A stretch of DNA of 62,553 nt, counting the filler, from Chiloscyllium plagiosum (Eukaryota): the NCBI RefSeq assembly GCF_004010195.1. It is 3 parts of one record of this genome, joined end to end, with 100 filler letters (N's around TTAATTAATTAA, not from the genome) between each part and the next. Parts side by side here need not be neighbours in the genome. Positions count along the whole stretch, not along the records: positions 36,427 to 62,553 come from NC_057712.1; 2 more parts are not named here. One strand, given 5' to 3'. Below the pieces are notes generated by a model. The model searched no databases. It was given only the letters and a program-made list of their open reading frames with translations, and had not been told where the DNA came from. The position numbers were made by a program, and so were the translations under genes. Numbering within the stretch: position 1 is the stretch's first letter; each line of letters starts with the position of its first letter. Positions 48,820-61,482 of this stretch are shown one piece after another.

Positions 48820-48994
48820 CTGGGTGTGTCCCTACTTCGAGGTCAGAAGTTCCAGGTTCAAGTCCCACCTGCACCGGAGATGTGTTATAGGTTGATTAAA
48901 AATAATAATAACTACTTGTCAAACTAACTATTTATTCTTATATTATTTTTTCTATCCTAGAGCCAATCCACTATTCACATATTTAAAAAGTTGT

Positions 48995-50790
48995 ACATGG
49001 CGAGTGATAAATGTTGAACCAGGCCAGCATTTATTGCCCATTCCTAATTGCCCTTGAGAAGTTGGTATTGAGCTGTCTTCTTGAACTGCTGCAGTCCTGG
49101 GTGTGTAGGCACACCTATAGTGGTGTTAGGAAGGGAGTTTGAGGGTTATGACCTCACAATAGTTAAGGGACAGTGAATAGTTTCAAGTTAAAATGGTGGG
49201 TGGCTTAGAACAGAAATTGCAGGTGGAGGTAGTCCCATGCATACAGCTGTTGTCCTTCTATGTGGTGAAAGGCACGGGTTTGGGACGTGCTTTCAAAGGA
49301 GCCTGGATGAGTTGCTGCAGTGCATTTTGTAAATGGTACATAATGCTGCCTTTGTGTGAATATTGAATGTAGTGAATGTGGTTCTGATCAAGTGAGCTTC
49401 ATTGAGCTGATTGAGTTTCTAGAACTGCCCATATCCAATCAAGGGGAGAATATTCCATCATATTCTTAACTTTTGCCTTTACTGTCACTGGGTCAAAATT
49501 CTGGAATTCTCTCCCTAGCAGCATTGTGGGTCTACCTACAGCACATGTACAAAAAGGAAGTTCACTGCCATCATCTCAACAACAACTAGGGACAGCCAAT
49601 AAATGCTGGCCAGCCAGTAATGCACACCTCTCACAAGAACATCCTATGGAGAGTCAGGAGGTGATTTACTTACTACAGGATTTGTACCACTCGACTAAAA
49701 CCTGGGTGAGGGTGAAGGGATGTTATCTTATGAGAAAATTTGGGATATGCTGACACTTTCTCCATTGGAGTTTAGAAGAATATATAAAATCCTGAGGGGA
49801 TTATGCAGGATCAATGCTGAAAAGATGTTTTCTTTGTGGCAGAGACTAGAATGATGGACTGCAGTTTAAAAATATGGAGCCTCCCATTTAAGATGGAGAT
49901 GAGGAGGAAATATTCTCTCAGAACTTCATGACTATTAGAAACTCCACACCGCCACCCCCCCTCCCCCTCCCCCACCAGAGAGCATGAGAGGCAGAATCAT
50001 TGAATAATTTTAAATTTTTGACAACAAAGTCATCAGTGGTCATTACAGGTGCAGGTGGGAATAGGGAGTTAAGGCCATGATCAGAATAGCCATCATGCTA
50101 TTGAATAGTTGAGCAGGCTGGAGGGACCAAATGACCTACTCCTACTCCTAATTCATATCTTCAAATCTCTTATTTGCAATGGCAGTTTCAATTTCTGGTC
50201 ACCCAGGAATTTGATTGTGATGGTTCAGTGTTGGTAATTCCATTCAATGTTAAGACAAAGTTATTAGATTCTTTCTTGTTGGAGATTATCGTTGCTTAGC
50301 ACTGTGTTGCACAAATGTGACTTGCCACATTTAAGTCCAAGTTTGGATGGTGTCCCGGTCTTGATACAAAGGAACATAGGCTACCTCAGAATCTGAGGAG
50401 TTGCAAATGTTCTGAACATATTGTGATTGTCAGTGAACATTTCCACTTCTAACATTATGATGGAGGAAAGTTCATTGATGAAGGAACTGAATATGTTTGG
50501 GCTGAGGATGCAACCTTGAGTTGGATCTACAGTGCTATCCCTTGTGTTAAGTTTGATTCCAATTGACAGACAGTTTTCCACCAAATCCCATTTTCACATG
50601 TTTTGCCCGGACTGTATGATGCTAGACTCAGTCAAATGCTCCCTTAATGTCAAGGACAGTGACTCTTACTCCCCCCGCGGACTTCAGCTGATTTGTCTGT
50701 ACTAGGACCAAGGCATATTCAGGTCAGCAGCTGAACAAACATTGTGTCAGAGAGCAGGTTATTGCTGAGCATGAGTTCTTGATAGCACTG
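48995..50790. mobile_element. Cluster of degraded L2/CR1-like fragments in both orientations
   Basis: 3' ends at about 49000 (-) and 49640 (+); CR1 3' end about 49760-50150 (+); RT remnant TQGCILSPNIFSSFINEL (-). Confidence 0.6.
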
Positions 50791-50799
50791 ATGTGGTAC

Positions 50800-53215
50800 T
50801 ATTCTTCAGTATAGTGATGATGGAGTTTGAAGAACATCAGATCCAAGTTGAGGATTCAGAGTATAAGCTGAAGATGTACCTCATTAGGGAGGGGAAAAGT
50901 TGCTTGGACACTTTGCTCCAGGAGGCAGCCATATTCCTCAGACTAGGTAATTCAAAATTAGTCTGTGATCAGGGAGAAGATGATGTGACTGCTGCTGAGG
51001 CAGGCTTGAGGACCCAGGAGGTAGCATTTGAAGAGCCTCAGTTCCTACGATTACAAGGTTCTTAAAAACTGTGTGGAAGAGAGCAGAGACTGCAGGGAGG
51101 ATGAATGAACTGATCATGGCACAGAGTACAGGAACCCAGTACAGTGAGGGAGGTTATAGGACTAGTGGTAAGGCACTGTATGATTTGGGGGAATATATAC
51201 TGCTATCTGCTGCCTGAGCTGTCCCAAATGGCTATGATATCTGCCAGGGTTAAGGACATTTCCTTGGAGCTCACTTGGAGTGAGAGGGGCAGATCCACTT
51301 GCTTTTGACCATATTGGTATCAGTGACATTGATCAGTCTAAAAAGGAAATTCTGCTGAAAGCATTTGGACAATTATGAGGAAAGTTAAGAAGCAGACCTC
51401 GAAGGTAATAATTTCTGGACTAATATTTGAGTCACCAAAGCTGGTATAGGGTAAATAAAGTCAAGGAGTTAGATGTGTTGTTCAAAGATTGTTGTGGGAG
51501 CACTGAGGAAGGAAGCTGTTCTGGTGGAATGGGCTTCACTTGAACGGGTTGGGACAAATGGTCCGAATGAATCTAACAACAAGCATTGTAGAGAGCACTT
51601 TAAACTGCATGAGGAGGGGCAGAGGTTTCGAGAGAGGGGATGCAATCTCTTATAAAGTAAAAAAAATGTAGTGGCATTGCAGGCTGGTTACTTAAGTAGT
51701 GATGCCAGAGTGGGACAGGAAAGGTCAGAGGACACAAACTTTACAAAAATGCAGCAATATAATGTCAGTGGGGAAAACATGGTAAATAGGCAAATTACTG
51801 GCTTTGTATTTAAATGCACGTAGTGTTTGGAGCAAAATAATATATTCAAAACGGGATAGAGAGAAAAAGCAGTAAGTGATAGCCAATTAGCTTAACCGCT
51901 GTCATTGGGTCAAAATTTGAGTCTACTGTAAAGGAACAGTAGAGTATTTAGAAGTTCAGAATATAATTAAACAAATTCAGTGAAGTTTCATGAAGAGTAA
52001 ATTACGCCTGACAAATTTATTTGAGGAAGTAGCAGACAGGATAGATGAGGGGTAACCAGTGGATGTAATATATATGGATTTTGAAAAGGAGTTCTATGGA
52101 ACACTGCATATAAGACTTCTGAATAAGCCCACTGCATCAGGGATAGTTTATTACCATGGACAGAGAATTGGTTAACTGACATGAAAATTGTGATAAAAGG
52201 GTGTATTCAGGATGGCAACTAACTAGTAGAGTTCCAGAGGAATCAGTGCTGTGGCAATAATTATTTACAATAAATCTTAATGACTTGAATAAGAAAAGTG
52301 AATGTACTATAGCCAAGTTTTGGGATAGCCCAAAATTAGGTGGGAAGGCTAGTGGTGAGGATGACACAAATAGTCTTCAGAGGATTTTGACAGATTAAGT
52401 AAGTGACCAAAGACATGGCAGCTGGAATACAATTTTTGAAATGTGTAATAATGCACTTTGGCTGGAAGTATAGTGGAGTTGAATATTACTTACATGGAGA
52501 AAGATTGCAGAAAGCTGCAGAACAGAGGGATTTTTAATTCCCTGTCCATGAATCACAAAATAGACTAGCATACAAGTTCAGTTTGTTTAATGGAAGGCTG
52601 ATTGGATGTTTGATCTTTATTTCAAAGGGAATGGAGTGTAAAAATATAGTCTTGCTAAAACTTAAAAGGCACCAGTTAGACCAGAGCTAGAATACCAGTG
52701 TGAACAAGTTTGGTCCCCCTTTCTAAAGAAGGATGTATTGGTTTTGGAGGCAGTTAAAAGAAGGTTCACCAGGTTGACCCTCGGTATGAAGGGATTTTCT
52801 TATGAGGAAAAGTTGGACCTGCACTCATTGGAGTTTAGAAGAATAAGAAGCAACCTTATTGAAACATAAAGGATTCATAGGGTGCCTGATAAGGTAGATG
52901 CTAAGAGATTGTTATCTATTGTGGGACCATCTAGGACCAGACAGCATGAGCAGAATAAGTGTTTGCTAGCTTAGGAATAGAGATGAGGAGGAATTTCTTC
53001 TCTCAGAGTTTAGTGAATCTGTGGAATCTTTACTACTTAAGTTTGTAGTGGTCTGTCATTAAGAATACTCAAGGCTGAGATGCACAGTGTTTTATGCATG
53101 AAGGGAATGAAGGGTTATGATGAAAAGGCAAGAGAGTGGAGTTGAAGATTACCCAATCAGCCATGATCTCATTGAGTGATGGAGCACATTGTATGGGTTG
53201 AATGGTTCCCACATC
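50800..53215 (+). mobile_element. Old internally deleted CR1 (ORF1 esterase remnants joined to RT and 3' end)
   Basis: HIGISD (GTND block) at about 51310; YLNARS at about 51807; jump to RT near 51860; RRNFFSQSLVNLWN; 3' UTR. Confidence 0.7.
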
Positions 53216-53677
53216 TTAATGAAGGTATTATGATGGTGATGATTGGCTGGATTTGGTTTGACCAGTTTTTTATACATCCATCAGAACTGGGCACTTTCTA
53301 TGTTGCTGGTAAAATTGTTCTGGAGCAACTCGCCTGTGAATTTGGCTAGTTCTGGAGCATGTGGTCAGTATTATTGTTGGAATGTTGTCAGGACTAAGGG
53401 TTTCTGAAATCATCTCTGCCTTTTCTCTGTATGGTTGACTGTTAAATGCCCTCTGAAATGGCCTAGCAAGCACACAATTGTATCAAACCATCAATATATT
53501 GTAGACAATTCCCTGAGGCCTATCTTTTTGACATTTTAGAAATGCCTTTTGAAAATCTAAGATTCCGTCTAACTATCCTGTTATTTCACAACTTCTGAAG
53601 AACTCCAAGAGATTTGCCAAGCTTGTTTGTCCTTTTTTTAAAAAAAAAGTGTCAAACGCACCTAATCATTGTTCTCA

Positions 53678-53818
53678 GTTCTGAAGAAGGGTAGCTGGAC
53701 CCGAAACATCAACTCTGCTTCTCTCTCCCTGACCTGCCAGACCTCCAGAGTTTCTCCAGCTATTTCTGTTTTTGTTTCAGATTTCCAGCATCTGCAGTTC
53801 TTTATTTTATTGTTTTTA
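53678..53818 (+). mobile_element. PLE family C terminus starting at the hammerhead (53681-53710)
   Basis: CTGAAGA-A-GGGT-AGCTGG-ACCC-GAAAC-ATC then AACTCTGCTT...ATTTCCAGCATCTGCAGTTC. Confidence 0.75.
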
Positions 53819-54056
53819 GTTCCCACCGGAGTCTTCTCCCAGCTAGAAATGTGTGTGAAAATCCCATCCTTAATTATGAGGACCCAATATTATTTTGGGC
53901 TTTCTTGCCTGAGTAGATACACACCATGAATTCAAAACATAAAAATGAAAGTTTAATTCAAAGAGCCTACAACTGCAGGAATTCAGATTTCATATCGCTA
54001 TTGGAATAAGAGCAATGGCACATCATTTGGATGCTGTTAAGAAAGATAAACAATAT

Positions 54057-54510
54057 ATCGCTGAAAACAAAAACTGCTGGAAATCACAGCGGGTCAGGAA
54101 GCATCCATGGATGGGTGGCTCAGTGGTTAGCATTATTGCCTCACATTTCCGGGGACCTGAGCTCGATTCCATCCTCAGGCAACTTCTCCCATGCCTGTGT
54201 AGGTTTCCTTCTCGTTACCTCCCACAGTCCCAAGATGTGTAGGTTAGGTAGATTGGCCATGGGAAATTGACCATAGTGCCTGGGATGTGCAGGCTAGATG
54301 GATTAATCTTGGGAAATGTGGGGCAATGGGTCTGGATGGGATGTTCTTTGCAGTGCCAGTGCAGACTTGATGGGCCAAATGGCCAGCTTCCGCACTGTCG
54401 GGATTATGTGATACTAAGAAGCCAACGTGAGAGGAAGCTAACATTTCAAGTCTAGTTGACTCTCATCAGAGCTATATCGTCATCATGCAGCATCTGCAGT
54501 AATTTCTTCC
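54057..54510 (-). mobile_element. PLE terminal fragment (family E) with hammerhead at 54440-54469, split by a SINE
   Basis: Minus strand CTGATGA-GAGTC-AACTA-GACTT-GAAAT-GTT. Confidence 0.6.
54113..54410 (+). mobile_element. HE1-type V-SINE (diverged)
   Basis: GGTGGCTCAGTGGTTAGCATTATTGCCTCAC; CTCCCACAGTCCCAAGATGTGTAGGTTAGG. Confidence 0.8.
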
Positions 54511-55298
54511 TATAATATACATGATCCTGGGGCTACTTGACATTGAAGCTGCATCTGCTAAATATGAAGAGATGTGTCATTTCTCAGCAGAGGCATCACT
54601 TAGTTGCTGGAGCACTGAAGAATTATTTGAATTTTTGGAATAGCTGAAAAAGTCTTTTGTATTGAAAATAGTGATTTTGCCAGTTTGCTGGATTTCTTAC
54701 GCTCCCTTGTGAAACCTTGTGACGAGGTCAGTGTATTCATCTCATCAGTTGCTATTTCAGTCACAGAACTGCAGAGAGGTGCTGAAGTTGTTGCAAATTT
54801 GTTATAAGTACAGACTTGGTGAAATGTAATGGAAGCTTTGAAAATATCGTAGGTGTTACAAACTGTGATGCACTATAATTGAATATATATATATACTTTG
54901 TTCTCTGATTACTTTTGAAGTAAGCCTGAATTTTATAAGCATATACCAACTAATGGGTTGCAAATGCACATCTTACTTCCACAGTGCAAAAGACATACCA
55001 GAGCAATATAAAAAGCCTTTGCATAATTTACTGTCACGCAATATCACCAATTAGTTGCTGATTTCAATGAAATAGTTGTTGAGAGCTTGTAGTAATTAAT
55101 ACTTGTGTAATAGGATAATAAAATCAAATGCAAGTTGATAACAAGTGTCTGTGACACACACATAGACACACCCTTCCTCACCCAACAAATGTTTCACTGT
55201 CATAATCATTATTAAATCCCTTTTAAGGAAACTCCCTCAAAAACAAAACATCCACCTGTTTGTTATTGCTTTCCCTAATTTAAATATAGTTCTGTTTT

Positions 55299-55883
55299 AG
55301 GTAAAAACAATGACTGCAGATGCTGGAAACCAGATTCTGGATTAGTGGTGCTGGAAGAGCACAGCAGTTCAGGCAGCATCTGAGGAGCAGTAAAATCGAC
55401 GTTTCGGGCAAAAGCCCTTCATCAGGAATAAANNNNNNNNNNNNNNNNNNNNNNNNNNNNNNNNNNNNNNNNNNNNNNNNNNNNNNNNNNNNNNNNNNNN
55501 NNNNNNNNNNNNNNNNNNNNNNNNNNNNNNNNNNNNNNNNNNNNNNNNNNNNNNNNNNNNNNNNNNNNNNNNNNNNNNNNNNNNNNNNNNNNNNNNNNNN
55601 NNNNNNNNNNNNNNNNNNNNNNNNNNNNNNNNNNNNNNNNNNNNNNNNNNNNNNNNNNNNNNNNNNNNNNNNNNNNNNNNNNNGGAGCAACGGATACAAT
55701 AAATGATATTGGTGGATGTGCAGGTAAAACTTTGATGGATATGGAAGGCTCCTTTAGGGCCTTGGATGGAGGTGAGGGAGGAGGTGTGGGCGCAGGTTTT
55801 GCAATTCCTGCGGTGGCAGGGGAAGGTGCCAGGATGGGAGGGTGGGTTGTAGTGGGGCGTGGGCATAACAGGTAGTCACGGAG
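55299..55883 (-). mobile_element. 5'-truncated PLE (family A) with gap 55433-55683
   Basis: PGTFPCHRRNCKTCAH...FTCTSTNIIYCIRCS; intact hammerhead and tail. Confidence 0.9.
55398..55425 (-). ncRNA. Minimal hammerhead ribozyme, intact (family A)
   Basis: Minus strand CTGATGA-A-GGGC-TTTT-GCCC-GAAAC-GTC. Confidence 0.85.
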
Positions 55884-56704
55884 CTGCTAGAGCTGGTCAG
55901 CGGCTGCATATTCCATGGTAAGTAGTTCACCTTCCAACTCCCTAATGCCTCTCCATCACTTACAAAGGACAGCTCCAGAGTGCAACAGGCCATTCAAGTC
56001 TTCATATGTGCACAGCTTTCCATCAAGCATTATGAATTAGTTATGTTTGTCTGCTTTACCCCATCAAAACATTGACTTTATTCAAATCAATCAATCTAAT
56101 GCCCTCTTGAATGCTTCAATTACTACTGCCTCCACCACAATGCAGTCAGCTGAGATGTAACCATTGTAAACAAGCAACTTTCCATTTCATGTCACTTCAA
56201 GAGGAACAAGGGTGACGTAAACATTAAAAGAATGGCAGGGAACTGAATAGTATGCACTATTATCACATCCTGACATTCATCTTAATTTTTTTTACTATTT
56301 TAAAAACTAAACAATCAGTTTTGCATATCAAACATGCCGTGACAAATAATAATTGAACTTGCTGTTAGAGTGGTAATTACAGATGATTATAATTTGTTGG
56401 TCAGCACACATCAGGAAGTTTACCTGCTGTTCCCTTCTTGGCTCAGACAACAGTTGTAATGGCATTGGCTTTAGCATCCGCCAGTCAGGCACCTGAGGTC
56501 CTTAAGTGAGGATTTAATATGGACTGAAGGACATCATCCCACTGCTTTGGCAGACAAACCTCACCAAATGGCCAACCTGCCATGGCTTGTGATGAGCAGT
56601 AGGGGGGTAAATCCTCCTGTAACTGGTCCATTGTATCTTCTCTGATAGTGCATACCCTCCAGGTTCCCCTTGTCCCACATCCTCTCAAACCTTGCCTCAA
56701 ATGC

Positions 56705-58093
56705 CTTGATTGAGGTTTTTGAAAAAGTAACAAAGAGGATTGATGAGGGTGGACCAGTGGATGTGGGATATATATGGACTTCCTTAAGGCATTTGACAAG
56801 ATTCTGCATGATAGACTGATTAGCAAGGGCAGATCACATGGAATTCATGGAGAACTTGCTACTTGGATACAGAACTGGGTCAAAGCTAGAAGTCAGAGGA
56901 TGGTGGTGGAGGACTGCTTTTCACACTGGAGGCCTGTGACTAACGGTGTACCACAAGGATTGGTGCTGAATCCACTGTTTTTCATCATTTATCTAAATGG
57001 TTTGGATGCGAACATAGTAGGTATGGTTAGTGGATTTACAGATGACATCAAAATTGGTGGTGTAGTGGACAACAAAGAAAGTTACCGCAGAGTACAACAG
57101 GATTTTGATCAGGTGGTCCAGTGGGCCAAGGAGTACAGAAGGTGTTTAATTTAGATAAGTGTGAGGTGCTGCATTTTGGAAAAGCAAATCAGAGCAGGAC
57201 TTATACACTTAATGGTAAGGTCCAAGGGAGTGTTGCTTGGGGTGCAGGTTCATGGTTCCTTGAAAGTGGAATCCCTGGTCAATAGGATAGTGAAGAAAGC
57301 ATTTGGTATGCTTTCCTTTATTGGTCAGTGCGTTAAGTATAGGAGTTAAAAGATCATGTTGTGGCTGTAAAGGACATTGGTTAGGCTACTATTGGAATAC
57401 TGCATGCAATTCTGATCTTCCTGCTATAGGAATGATGTTGTGAAATTTGAATGGTTTCAGAAAAGATTTACAAGGATGTTGCCAGGGTTGGAGGGTTTGA
57501 GCTACAGGGAGAGGCTGAATAGGCTAAAGCCACCCCCACCCTCCTCTCATTTATCACTCCACCCTTCAGGCACTCTGCCTGTATTCCTGATGAAGGGCTT
57601 TTCCCCGAAACGTCGATTTTACTGCTTCTCGAATGCTGCCTGAACTGCTGTGCTCTTCCAGCACCACTAATCCAGAATAAGGCTATGGTCCTTGGAGTGT
57701 CAGAGGCTGAGGGTTGATCTTACAGAGGTTTATAAAATTGAGGGGCTTGGATAGGATGAACAGCCAAGCTTTTTTCTCTGGGATGGTGGAGTCCAAAACT
57801 AGACAGTATATGTTTAAGGTCAGAGGGTAAAGATTTAAAAGGGGCCTAAGGGGCAACTCTTTCACGCAGAGAGAGGGTGGTGTGTGTATGGAACAAGCTG
57901 CCAGAGGAAGTGGTGGAGATTGGTACAATTACAACACTTAAAAGGCATCTGGATGGGTACATGAACAGCAAGGGTTAAAAGGGATGGGGGCGAAATGCTG
58001 GCAAGTGGGATGAATTTAATTTAGGATATCTGGTCTGCATGGACGAGTTGGAGCGAAGGATTTGTTTGCATGCTGTACAGCTCTATGACTCTA
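56705..58093 (+). mobile_element. 5'-truncated CR1 containing a PLE fragment
   Basis: [22 protein letters not shown]; tail CTCTATGACTCTA. Confidence 0.92.
57529..57678 (+). mobile_element. Tail-less PLE family A pLTR fragment with hammerhead (57587-57614)
   Basis: CTGATGA-A-GGG-CTTTTC-CCC-GAAAC-GTC; ends at CTAATCCAGAAT. Confidence 0.85.
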
Positions 58094-59364
58094 AATCCCA
58101 CCATTGGACTTGCCCCTCACCAACTCTGAAAACACCTGCAATGTTGTAATCAAAACAGCTTGCTTCATCATCCAGTGCAGTGCTGTCCTTTTGGGGCTAC
58201 TGTTGCAATGAAAGCTGTCAGCTCTCTGAAGAAGTATTTTCTCCTCTTAAAGGGCAGAAATTATATCCCTAGGCTATTAAGAAATAATTGTCCATTAAAT
58301 TAATGCAAGACAGATAGTTTTAACCTGGGTGGGACCCTCAGTAACCTTTTAATTAGTCTGGCGTTGTGGGTACAAGGACCATACAGCCCCCTAATATCAG
58401 CACTTTCTTTACAAATCCTGCCATGGTCTCAACCTCCCTATCTCTGTCATATCCCTCATGGAGTAAGGAGTGGTTGAACACAAATAATGTCAACGGGATT
58501 TATAATTATGTAGCAGTGATATCAACATTAGCAAACTAACATGAGATGGTGACTTTGTCTTGTGGTGAATGGCTACGAAGGAAGATAACTGGTGTTAACA
58601 TCTAGGTTGTCTGGTCTCTATTTGTGAACATATGTAATGCTAATTATGCCAATAATAATGTAACGTGGTGAACCTCCCTTCACATGGACATAGTGGTAAT
58701 GCTCTGGTGACATGGGTTAAATCCCTTATAAAATCTGGATAAATTTGTAATAAAGTCTGGACTCTGATGATTACCATTAGTGAAACTAACTTTAATGTTG
58801 GAACAATCCATCCAGTTCACAAATGTCCATTAGGGAAGGAAATCTGCTTATTTTGTCCACATGACCCACTGCCTTGTTTCCTAACTGGCCTCTGAAAAAG
58901 CTGAGCAAACCACTCAGATCAAGGGCTATTAGGGATGAGCAATAAAAGCTGGTCCTGCCCTTTACATTTGCATCTGTGAAAGAACAATAAAAATAAGTCT
59001 CTAAACACTTGACCAGCTTGGTTTTGTTTACTATTACAGCAGGACAAGGGCTGAATGTACATTTCCTCATTTTTTTTTCCTTAGCGAGAATGAAGAGCAA
59101 TAACAAGCAGAACAGAATTTTCAAAAAGTTTCTGTGAAAAGCTAACATGATTTCAAAACTGTTCTTTTACTTTAAATGTCAGTACTTGCGAATTAGGAAT
59201 GCCGAGTTACACCAAGTCAAAGAGTGTAACATTTTGAAGGATTTTTAAGGTTAAAAAAGCCTGGAAATTCTTGATAATTCATTCAATTTCCCATTAGTTG
59301 GAGTGGTGGACTGCTTCAAGGAGCACTCTTATGTGAAGCGCGGAATCACTGACAGCAATTTCTG

Positions 59365-59614
59365 GATTAGATTAGATTACATTACATTACATTACAGTGT
59401 GGAAACAGGCCCTTCGGACCAACAAGTCCACACCGACCCGCCGAAGCGCAACCCACCCATACCCCTACATTTACCCCTATACCTAACACTACGGGCAATT
59501 TAGCATGGCCAATTCACCTGACCTGCACATCTTTGGACTGTGGGAGGAAACCGGAGCACCCGGAGGAAACCCACGCAGACACAGGGAGAACGTGCAAACT
59601 CCACACAGTCAGTC
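59365..59614 (-). mobile_element. 5'-truncated young HE1-type SINE
   Basis: V-domain plus tail (TAATG)n(TAATC)n on the minus strand. Confidence 0.9.
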
Positions 59615-60219
59615 TGTCACGTTATTCTGCACAAGTGCGCATTCCAGATATTGTCTTAATTTCAGTGTAGCAATGATGGTCAGTATTGAGATTTGTTGCC
59701 ATTATCACAGCAAAGCATTCTTGTAGTTTAATCTGTTTTCACCACAATTTCAGGCTGTACATTCCAGACTCCAGGGCTCTCCCTCATTAGAGAGAGATAA
59801 CTGATGGTCACTACAGCATAACGAGTATTCCAAACTTCAACTACGTTTATTACATTAAAATTACTCAGATATCTGACATCTGATGAGGAATTTATTAGTT
59901 ATGTGTGTCAGAACAAAAATAAGATGGGCACGCACACAGTAAAAAATCTGTTACCTTACCATGAATATTTGTAGGCAATGTCTGCTTTCTATTGCAGAAT
60001 TACTAATAGTTCTGTAGTCAATCCCCTGGACTAAGTAATGTGATAGAACACTTCGATGAGAAGTGTTACCCTGAGTTACCCTGCCTAAGGTGAGGGAGAG
60101 GTTGAGAAACAGTGTTCTTCATATTATAATAACTGGCTTCATAAAAACAACTTCCATCTTCTCTCTCTTGAACATTCAACAGGGTAGTAGCTGAAATGTT
60201 TGTGTTACAAATTCCTCAT

Positions 60220-61480
60220 TCCTTTTATCAAGATAGCCGAAGAAAAATCTGTCTGCCTTTGCCTTAAAAATATTTTCAATGACTTCACTTCCACCACCAC
60301 CTGTGACAGAGTTACAAACTCTTTGAAGGAAATCTCTGTCCTAAAAGGGTGACTCCCAATTATTAAATAGCGCCTACTAATCCTCGACTCTCTCTCATAA
60401 GAAGAAACACCCTTTCCTTGTCCAGACCATTCAAGGTTTTATTTACTTCAAGCAAGTCACCCCTCGTGCTTCAAACTTCCAGTGGAAATGAGCCCTGTCT
60501 GCCCATATGATAACTCAATCATTCCACATAACAATCTAGTAAACCTGGGTATCTGAATTTTGAATCCAGTGATATTACCACTATGCCACCATTCACCATT
60601 AGCCTTCTTGAATACATGCGGTACTTACTCACTAACATTTTTGACTTATTCACTGGAACTCCTAGACCCTTTTACACCTCAAAATGTTGTAATCATTCTT
60701 CATTTCAACAACAGTTTTGTTGAATTCTTCCATCCAAAATGAACAATTTCACATTTTCCCACATTATCCTTCATCTACCAAATTTTTGGATACTCACTCA
60801 ACTGATCTATATCCATCTGTAACCTCCTTGTGTCCTCTTGTTAATATAATTTTTTAGCTATCTTATGCCATCTGCAAATATAACTGCCTAATACCTTTCT
60901 CCCCGATCTGAGTCATTGATATAAACAATAAAATGTTAAGACCATGGCACTTGTCACGTTCTGCCAATCAGAAAAACATAGTTTTGCTTATCTTTGTTTT
61001 CTGCCAGCCTGCTAATCTTCTGTCAATGCTACTATATTACCCCAACTCCATAAGCTCCTACTTCTCACAATAACCTTCCATGTGGCACCTTGTACCATTG
61101 GGAAATCCAAGTATAGTATGTTGCAGGCTCCCCTTTATCCAGAGCACAAATTACTTCTTCAAAGAACTCCAGTACCTTAAACTTGATTTCCCTTTCACAA
61201 AACCATGCTGACTCTCCATGATTACATTGAGGTTTTCCAAGAGTTCAGGTACAGTCTCTTGGTGATCGATACCAACATTTGCCCCATGACAGATGCCAAC
61301 CTAACAGACTGAAGGGGCTGAATGGCCTTTTCCTGTTCCTAACTTGTCCATAGCCCTACAGTTTCATATTTTCTGCCTCCCTCCTTTCTTGAACAGAGGA
61401 GTTACGTTTACTACTTTCCATTCAAATAATAACCATTCCAGAACATAGTGAATTTTGTGAAATTAATATCAATGTATATA
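60220..61480 (-). mobile_element. Old degraded CR1 fragments
   Basis: Minus-strand remnants QHGFVKGKS (61185-61212) and FADGI (about 60865-60880). Confidence 0.6.
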
Positions 61481-61482
61481 TC

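Noticed and set aside
54521..54830. Protein-like short frames and splice-like signals in unique DNA
   Set aside because: No consistent acceptor, open frame and donor combination; frames end in stops.
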